Positions 58,823 through 64,000 of a DNA stretch of 64,000 bases are shown here, piece by piece. Below the pieces are notes generated by a model. That model ran no database searches. It saw only the letters and a list, made by a program, of their open reading frames with translations, and was not told the origin of the DNA. The stretch's first letter is position 1, and each line of letters begins with the position of its first letter. The stretch lies in NCBI GenBank assembly GCA_002398365.1, contig DGYK01000063.1, positions 460,813 to 524,812 on the forward strand. The letters run 5' to 3'. The position numbers and the translations under genes are program-made. The DNA comes from Flammeovirgaceae bacterium UBA5008 (GTDB lineage Bacteria > Bacteroidota > Bacteroidia > Cytophagales > Cyclobacteriaceae).

Positions 58823-60025
58823 TTAAGCTGCTTTTTGATTCCCTTTAAAGAATAGCCCAAACAACACCATTACGCCTGCAGCAATGGCAGCAGGTATAAT
58901 CCAGATCTGTTGCCAGTTGTGGCCACCAGCTTCTAGTTTATATGACTCGGTGATTTGTCCGGCCAACCAAAATCCGATGAGCATACCCACGCCATACGTA
59001 GCCAACGTGATCAATCCTTGTGCGGCCGACTTAGCCGTTTCTCCGGCACGTTGCTCGGTATAGATTTGTCCGCTCACGAAGAAGAAATCATAACAAATTC
59101 CGTGAAGGATAATTCCTAGATATAAGAAAGATGAAAGCGAATCGGCATTGCCAAAGCTGAACAATAAATAGCGAGCTACCCATGCACCCATACCAATCAA
59201 CAACATCGTCTTTATTCCAAATCTGCGGAAGAAGAATGGAATCAAAACCATGAACAGGGTTTCAGAAACTTGTCCCAACGACATTTTTGCAGCCGCGCCC
59301 GACATATTGATTTCATTAAAGAATTTATTGGCTTCCTGGTAATAGAATGCGAGCGGAATACAAATCAAAACGGATGAGATAAAGAAGACGAGGAAGCTGC
59401 TGTCCTTCAATAACTTCAAGGCATCAAGCCCGATGATATCGCCAAACGAAATCGATTTGCCGGCTGCACCGGGAGGTGTGTGTGGCAAGAATAAACTAAG
59501 AACGCCTAAAATCGCGGAAGCGCCCGAAGCTAATAAGAATGTGTTGGCCAACAAATTTTGACTTTCCCACGCTAACCAGCCAATGGTAAGACCTGCTACA
59601 ATCCAGCCGATCGTTCCCCATACACGCAGACGGGCAAACTCTTTTTCAGGATTGCTCAGCTGACGGAAAGCGACTGAGTTGACCAACGCTAGTGTAGGCA
59701 TATAGGCAATCATGTAGCCGAGAATCAAGGGATAAAAGCTAGAGAAATCGGTTTGCTGTGAAAGCATGTATAAAAGACCCGCACCCACCAAATGTAAAAC
59801 GGCAAGTATGCGCTGAGCCGCAAAGAAGCGATCGGCTATCAAGCCAATGATGAAAGGAGCAATGATAGCGCCTAACGACTGCGTGCCATAGGCAGCTCCA
59901 TTTTCAATATCCGAGGCGTTGAGGCTTTTACTCAAATAGGTGCCCATCGTTACGAACCACGATCCCCAAATAAAAAATTCGAGGAACATCATGAGCGAGA
60001 GTTTAACAGTAGTGATCGGTTTCAT
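58823..60025 (-). CDS. MFS transporter, nucleoside:H+ symporter (NupG/XapB)-like
   Basis: It has 12 TM segments. The N-terminus VKLSLMMFLEFFIWGSWFVTMGTYL matches the Nuc_H_symport-type family as I recall it. Confidence 0.7.
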   Translation of the reverse strand: MKPITTVKLSLMMFLEFFIWGSWFVTMGTYLSKSLNASDIENGAAYGTQSLGAIIAPFIIGLIADRFFAAQRILAVLHLVGAGLLYMLSQQTDFSSFYPLILGYMIAYMPTLALVNSVAFRQLSNPEKEFARLRVWGTIGWIVAGLTIGWLAWESQNLLANTFLLASGASAILGVLSLFLPHTPPGAAGKSISFGDIIGLDALKLLKDSSFLVFFISSVLICIPLAFYYQEANKFFNEINMSGAAAKMSLGQVSETLFMVLIPFFFRRFGIKTMLLIGMGAWVARYLLFSFGNADSLSSFLYLGIILHGICYDFFFVSGQIYTEQRAGETAKSAAQGLITLATYGVGMLIGFWLAGQITESYKLEAGGHNWQQIWIIPAAIAAGVMVLFGLFFKGNQKAA

Positions 60026-60119
60026 TCGTATCAGTTTAAATTTAGGTAGTTCGATTTACGATTTATTTTTGAAATAAATCAATACCGAATGCAGAATTGT
60101 ACGAACGGTGTAGAGTAAC

Positions 60120-60524
60120 CTAAGCTGTGAATAGTGTGGTCACCTCCAACCGATTATTGTCGGGGTCGAGTGTTTCAAATTCGTAATAGCCATCGCCTGT
60201 TTTTCGCGGTCCACTTAGAATTGGGAAACCGGCATGGGCTAGTTCCTTCGCTTTTTCATCGACCTCCGTCATGGTGTTAACGCCAAAAGCTAAATGAATG
60301 ATGCCTTGATGTTGGGCAACGACCCGATCATTTTTATTAGCAGGCACACCTACCATCTGCATCAACTCAAGCCGAGCGCCCGATTGAAACGTGAGGAAGT
60401 AACTTTGAAACTGTTTTTTATTGTTGATGTATTTCTCATTCGGCACACCATCAAAATACTTCACATAGAAATCTTTCAAGGCTTCCAATCGTTCCGTCCA
60501 GATGGCTACGTGTTCGAGTCTCAT
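60120..60524 (-). CDS. VOC-family (glyoxalase/bleomycin-resistance fold) protein
   Basis: It is 134 aa. The sequence MRLEHVAIWT...HLAF...FETLDPDNNRLEV shows paired beta-alpha-beta-beta-beta modules with His/Glu ligand positions. Confidence 0.8.
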   Translation of the reverse strand: MRLEHVAIWTERLEALKDFYVKYFDGVPNEKYINNKKQFQSYFLTFQSGARLELMQMVGVPANKNDRVVAQHQGIIHLAFGVNTMTEVDEKAKELAHAGFPILSGPRKTGDGYYEFETLDPDNNRLEVTTLFTA

Positions 60525-60553
60525 TTAGTACAAACGATTAACTAGGGATAGAA

Positions 60554-60898
60554 TCAACAGATAAAATTTAAAACCTGATTTTTCTGACGGTTTTTACTTT
60601 GGTTATGCTTCGCTTGGATTAATCGTAGCACCTGAACTTTAGTTTTGGTTACTCGATAAATGAGTAAATGGGAGTCTAAAATAATCCATCTATACATTTT
60701 AGACTTAGTAGTGATATAACGACACTCGGGAAAAAGCAGATAGTTTGTAGAAAGCCCTTCAATTAATCGCCAAATTTCACTTTCATATATTTTTGCTTGG
60801 GTTAACCCAAATGTCTCTGCACCATATTCGAAAACTTCGTATAAATCAATGTTAAACTGCCTTGAGACAACTACTTCAAGTGCTTTTGTCCCCTCAAT
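60554..60898 (-). CDS. RelE/ParE-family toxin-like ORF lacking a canonical start codon (possible pseudogene or non-canonical initiation)
   Basis: I translated this by hand and it is not in the ORF track. The frame is open from 60901 to TGA at 60554-60556. It reads (K)IEGTKALEVVVSRQFNIDLYEVFEYGAETFGLTQAKIYESEIWRLIEGLSTNYLLFPECRYITTKSKMYRWIILDSHLLIYRVTKTKVQVLRLIQAKHNQSKN... The C-terminal 'YR.I....H.I.YR....V.VLR..H' layout is ParE/RelE-like. There is no ATG, GTG or TTG before codon ~68. Only an ATT at 60896-60898 is available. Confidence 0.45.
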   Translation of the reverse strand: MEGTKALEVVVSRQFNIDLYEVFEYGAETFGLTQAKIYESEIWRLIEGLSTNYLLFPECRYITTKSKMYRWIILDSHLLIYRVTKTKVQVLRLIQAKHNQSKNRQKNQVLNFIC

Positions 60899-61044
60899 CT
60901 TTTAATCAATTTCTTTGATTCCTCAATCGAATAAAAGGGGCCTTTTTCAGCAACTTTAATGGCTTCTTTTAATTGATCTTCCGACAATGCCTCTCCTGAT
61001 AAAGCTATACTTTGCGCTACCAATTTTTTACCTGAAGTTTTCAT
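60871..61044 (-). CDS. putative antitoxin (57 aa) of the ParE/RelE-like pair
   Basis: I translated this by hand. ATG at 61042-61044 through TAG at 60871-60873 gives MKTSGKKLVAQSIALSGEALSEDQLKEAIKVAEKGPFYSIEESKKLIKRLRGQKHLK. It is below the track's size cutoff. Position and size fit an antitoxin, but I recognise no family motif. Confidence 0.4.
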   Translation of the reverse strand: MKTSGKKLVAQSIALSGEALSEDQLKEAIKVAEKGPFYSIEESKKLIKRLRGQKHLK

Positions 61045-61133
61045 CGAAATACATTTTTTGGATACTAAATCACTAGAAAACCCGATTCCTCGTTACTAAG
61101 TTAACTCAATTCGTTAGTTAATCAAATAACGAA

Positions 61134-61161
61134 AAGATGGTGTAGCTCTCTACACCATCTT
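61134..61161 (-). terminator. hairpin terminator overlapping the last codons of fumC
   Basis: It has a perfect 12-bp stem, AAGATGGTGTAG (61134-61145) paired with CTACACCATCTT (61150-61161), and a 4-nt loop. On the minus strand it reads ...AAGATGGTGTAG-AGAG-CTACACCATCTT-TTCGTTATTT. The fumC stop codon TAG (61150-61152) lies inside the stem. Confidence 0.55.
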
Positions 61162-62535
61162 CTCCGGTCTCACCCACTCATCAAACTGTTCCGAAGTAAG
61201 TAAGCCTAATTCAACAGCTGCTTCGCGAAGGGTTTTGTTTTCTTTGTGCGCTTTCTTGGCAATCTTCGCGGCATTCTCATATCCGATGTGGGTGTTCAAC
61301 GAAGTCACCAGCATTAAAGAGTTTTCCATGTGCTGCTTGATGATCGGTAGATTAGGTTCAATACCGATGGCACACTTATCGTTGAAAGAAACACACGCAT
61401 CGCCAATGAGGCGAGCGCTTTGCAATACATTCGCAGCGATCACCGGTTTGAATACGTTCAATTCGAAGTGACCATTTGAACCGCCAATCGTAACCGCCAC
61501 ATCGTTGCCCATTACCTGTGCGCACACCATCGTCATCGCTTCCGGTTGAGTAGGGTTTACTTTACCCGGCATAATGGAGGATCCAGGTTCGTTATCAGGA
61601 ATAATAATTTCACCAATACCACTGCGCGGGCCTGAGCTGAGCATGCGAATGTCGTTCGCGATTTTCATTAATGAAACCGCTACACGCTTCAACGCACCTG
61701 AAAGTTCTACCATGGCATCGTGAGCTGCCAGAGCTTCAAACTTGTTGGGGGCTGTTACAAACGGAAGGCCGGTCAATTCGGCAATCTTTTTCGCTACCAA
61801 CACATCGTAACCTTTGGGGGTATTCAATCCCGTGCCAACGGCCGTGCCACCCAATGCCAATTCTTTAATTGCTTCTAATGAATTTTTGATGGCGCGGATA
61901 CCGTTATCAATTTGTTGTACGTAGCCACTGAATTCCTGCCCCAGGGTAAGAGGTGTCGCATCCATAAAGTGCGTGCGACCGGTTTTTACAATGGCTTTAA
62001 AATCAGTTGCTTTTTTGTGAAGCGTGTCGCGTAGCTTTTGCAATCCCGGCAAGGTTATTTCTACCACTTGCTTGTAGGCTGCTATGTGCATGGCGGTGGG
62101 ATACGTATCGTTGCTCGATTGCGATTTGTTTACATCATCATTTGGGTGCAACACTTTTTTCTCGTCTGTCAGTTTGCCGCCACTCAACACATGTGCGCGG
62201 TAAGCGATCACCTCGTTCGCATTCATGTTGCTTTGTGTGCCGGAGCCTGTTTGCCAGATTACGAGCGGAAATTGATCATCGAGTTTGCCCGCCACAATTT
62301 CATCGCACACTTTGGCGATCATATCTTTTTTATCTGCAGCGAGAACACCTAGTTCGTGGTTAGCCATCGCGGCCGCTTTTTTCAAATAACCAAAAGCATA
62401 AATAATTTCCTTTGGCATGCTGGCCTCGGGCCCGATTTTAAAATTGTTGCGCGAGCGCTCGGTTTGTGCGCCCCAATATTTGTCGGCTGGTACTTGTACC
62501 TCGCCCATGGTGTCTTTTTCGATGCGGAAGTTCAT
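61150..62535 (-). CDS. fumC: class II fumarate hydratase
   Basis: The [13 protein letters not shown] signature is present and the N-terminus is [29 protein letters not shown] use the ATG at 62535. The 34-codon extension in the track looks spurious. Confidence 0.95.
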   Translation of the reverse strand: MNFRIEKDTMGEVQVPADKYWGAQTERSRNNFKIGPEASMPKEIIYAFGYLKKAAAMANHELGVLAADKKDMIAKVCDEIVAGKLDDQFPLVIWQTGSGTQSNMNANEVIAYRAHVLSGGKLTDEKKVLHPNDDVNKSQSSNDTYPTAMHIAAYKQVVEITLPGLQKLRDTLHKKATDFKAIVKTGRTHFMDATPLTLGQEFSGYVQQIDNGIRAIKNSLEAIKELALGGTAVGTGLNTPKGYDVLVAKKIAELTGLPFVTAPNKFEALAAHDAMVELSGALKRVAVSLMKIANDIRMLSSGPRSGIGEIIIPDNEPGSSIMPGKVNPTQPEAMTMVCAQVMGNDVAVTIGGSNGHFELNVFKPVIAANVLQSARLIGDACVSFNDKCAIGIEPNLPIIKQHMENSLMLVTSLNTHIGYENAAKIAKKAHKENKTLREAAVELGLLTSEQFDEWVRPEKMV

Positions 62536-62619
62536 ATTATAATAGGAGTTTAAACAGTGGGTAAAAATAAACAAACCTTGGCGCTGTCGGGTGCCTTTTA
62601 AATTATTTTTTGGATTAGT

Positions 62620-62676
62620 TACTAACTGGTAGAACAAATGACCAACTGTTCCGTATATTAGTTCTACAATTTAGTA
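62620..62676. promoter_or_regulatory. imperfect 16-nt inverted repeat (candidate PadR operator) in the fumC/padR divergent intergenic region
   Basis: The left arm is TACTAACTGGTAGAAC (62620-62635). The reverse complement of the right arm (62661-62676) is TACTAAATTGTAGAAC, so 14 of 16 positions match. The spacer is 25 nt and the right arm ends 4 nt before the padR ATG. Confidence 0.4.
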
Positions 62677-62680
62677 GTAT

Positions 62681-63028
62681 ATGATAGAAACACGACTGGG
62701 CGAATTTGAAGAAGTGATCTTGTTGCTGGCTGGCATCTTAGGCGAGGAGGCTTATGCTTTTAAGATTGCCGAAGAATTTGAATCACAAACGAAGCGCTCT
62801 GTTTCCATCGGTGCGGTGCACTCTACTCTTACTCGATTGGAAGAAAAAGGCTTTCTGAAATCGGAGATGGGAAAAGCAACAGCCGAACGTGGTGGCAGAC
62901 GTAAGCGCATTTACACCATTACCGCCTACGGCAAAAAGACCTTAACCGCAGCCAAAGAATTCAAGCAGGCGCTGTGGGATCAATTTCCGGGCTTTGCTAC
63001 TTCTAAACTGAGTTTTGTTTATTCATGA
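62681..63028 (+). CDS. PadR-family transcriptional regulator
   Basis: It is 115 aa. The winged-helix region is ...SVSIGAVHSTLTRLEEKGFLKSEMGKATAERGGRRKRIYTITAYGKKTL. Confidence 0.85.
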   Translation: MIETRLGEFEEVILLLAGILGEEAYAFKIAEEFESQTKRSVSIGAVHSTLTRLEEKGFLKSEMGKATAERGGRRKRIYTITAYGKKTLTAAKEFKQALWDQFPGFATSKLSFVYS

Positions 63029-64000
63029 GTGTAAACACAAAACCACCCAAGCTAGCTATCCGGCTGCTGAACACCTTTTTGCGCGATGATCTTGTCGAAG
63101 AAGTGCAGGGTGATCTGGATGAAAAGTTTCAAAAAGATTTAAAAAGGGAATCCAGATACAAAGCCAAATGGAATTATTGGTACCAAACGCTCAATTATCT
63201 CCGCCCCTTTGCTATTAAAAAATTTAAAAGACTAAGCGCCATGAACAATCAGCTACTGGGAAATTATTTCAAGATCAGTGCACGAAACATTTTGAAGCAT
63301 AAAATGATTTCGGTTATCAACGTTTTTAGCTTAGCAATAGGGCTTGCCGCATGTGTTGTTATTTATTTGTTTGTCTCGGATGAGCAAAGTTTTGATTCCT
63401 TTCATTCGAAAAGCAGTCTTATCTACCGATTAGATGAAGTGCAAAAGTTTACCGGTACAAACGAGCAAAGGGTAGCGCTCTCTATGCCGGGAATGGGGCC
63501 CGCTTTGAAGCGTGATTTTCCGGAAGTCAATATCTATGTGAGGTTTTGGTTGCGCGGAAAGCAACTGATGATCAAAGATGAAACCAAGCAATTGATTGAC
63601 AATGTGATGGTGGTGGATAGTACCTTCTTTGATATTTTTGATTTTCCACTGGTTCACGGAGACGTCAACACATGTCTGAACCGACCGCTCACGATCTTGT
63701 TGACCGAGTCTACGGCTCTTAAATTTTTCAAATCAACGGAAGAAGCTCTCAACAAAACAATTTTTTGGGACGACCGCGATTATCAGATAACAGGTATCTT
63801 AAAAGATGTGCCAGAGAATTCGCATATTCAATTCGAAGCCTTAATGTCGATGGTGACGTATACGAAAGGTGAGAATAATGTGAACAACTCGTGGGGTGGC
63901 AATTGGATGACTACGTATCTTTTGTTAGACCCCAATTCGAATATCAAACGGATGGAAGAGAAGTTTCCAAAATTTCTTTCCAGCCACATGGATGATCCTC
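63025..64000 (+). CDS. FtsX/MacB-type permease with ~75-aa N-terminal cytoplasmic prefix domain (runs off the window)
   Basis: The ATG at 63025-63027 overlaps the padR TGA (ATGA). The prefix is MSVNTKPPKLAIRLLNTFLRDDLVEEVQGDLDEKF...YWYQTLNYLRPFAIKK. The canonical permease N-terminus follows: LGNYFKISARNILKHKMISVINVFSLAIGLAACVVIYLFVSDE. The frame stays open to the window end. It is absent from the ORF track because it is truncated. Confidence 0.8.
   Translation, partial: MSVNTKPPKLAIRLLNTFLRDDLVEEVQGDLDEKFQKDLKRESRYKAKWNYWYQTLNYLRPFAIKKFKRLSAMNNQLLGNYFKISARNILKHKMISVINVFSLAIGLAACVVIYLFVSDEQSFDSFHSKSSLIYRLDEVQKFTGTNEQRVALSMPGMGPALKRDFPEVNIYVRFWLRGKQLMIKDETKQLIDNVMVVDSTFFDIFDFPLVHGDVNTCLNRPLTILLTESTALKFFKSTEEALNKTIFWDDRDYQITGILKDVPENSHIQFEALMSMVTYTKGENNVNNSWGGNWMTTYLLLDPNSNIKRMEEKFPKFLSSHMDDP

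Noticed and set aside
62007-62363. Plus-strand ORFs (118 aa and 104 aa) antisense to fumC
   Set aside because: These are shadow ORFs within a highly conserved gene. They are Cys/Arg-rich with no motifs.
1-64000. Search for rRNA, tRNA, CRISPR arrays, IS elements, integrases or phage genes
   Set aside because: All non-coding gaps are 265 nt or shorter. None shows tRNA-like T-arm/acceptor features, direct repeat-spacer periodicity or terminal inverted repeats. No translated ORF resembles a transposase, recombinase or phage structural protein. This rests on visual inspection only.

Overview
This 64-kb window looks like an ordinary chromosomal segment of a Bacteroidota genome, possibly Cytophagia- or Flavobacteriia-like. 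The assignment rests on a GldJ-type gliding lipoprotein, the rbfA-lolE pairing, DUF3857/transglutaminase proteins, expanded FtsX-type permeases and TAnnTTTG-like promoter motifs. It is densely coding, with about 55 CDS, and most are recognisable housekeeping or envelope genes. These include glyA, tatC, rpiB, rbfA, radA, mfd, recJ, lptB, fumC, a CzcA-type RND efflux operon, an SNF2 helicase, several secreted peptidases and amidohydrolases, transporters and oxidoreductases. I recognised no rRNA, tRNA, CRISPR array, transposase or integrase.

I see no clear-cut multi-gene novel system such as a defence island. The parts that core metabolism does not explain are listed here.
- 15.7-23.6 kb: four adjacent secreted transglutaminase-fold paralogs. 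One keeps the catalytic Cys/His and three have both replaced.
- 41.8-42.1 kb: an AT-rich four-helix-bundle (23S-IVS/Avd-like) gene sits inside the czc efflux operon.
- 54.1-54.9 kb: a secreted Gly-rich protein with collagen-like runs and in-frame 9-nt DNA repeats lies directly against recJ.
- 60.55-61.05 kb: an AT-rich ParE/RelE-like toxin-antitoxin pair that the ORF track missed. The toxin frame has no canonical start codon.
- 62.6-64.0 kb: a PadR regulator is translationally coupled (ATGA) to an ATPase-less FtsX permease that carries an N-terminal prefix domain. An imperfect 16-nt inverted repeat lies upstream.

All family assignments come from reading motifs in the supplied translations. 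No database search was run.
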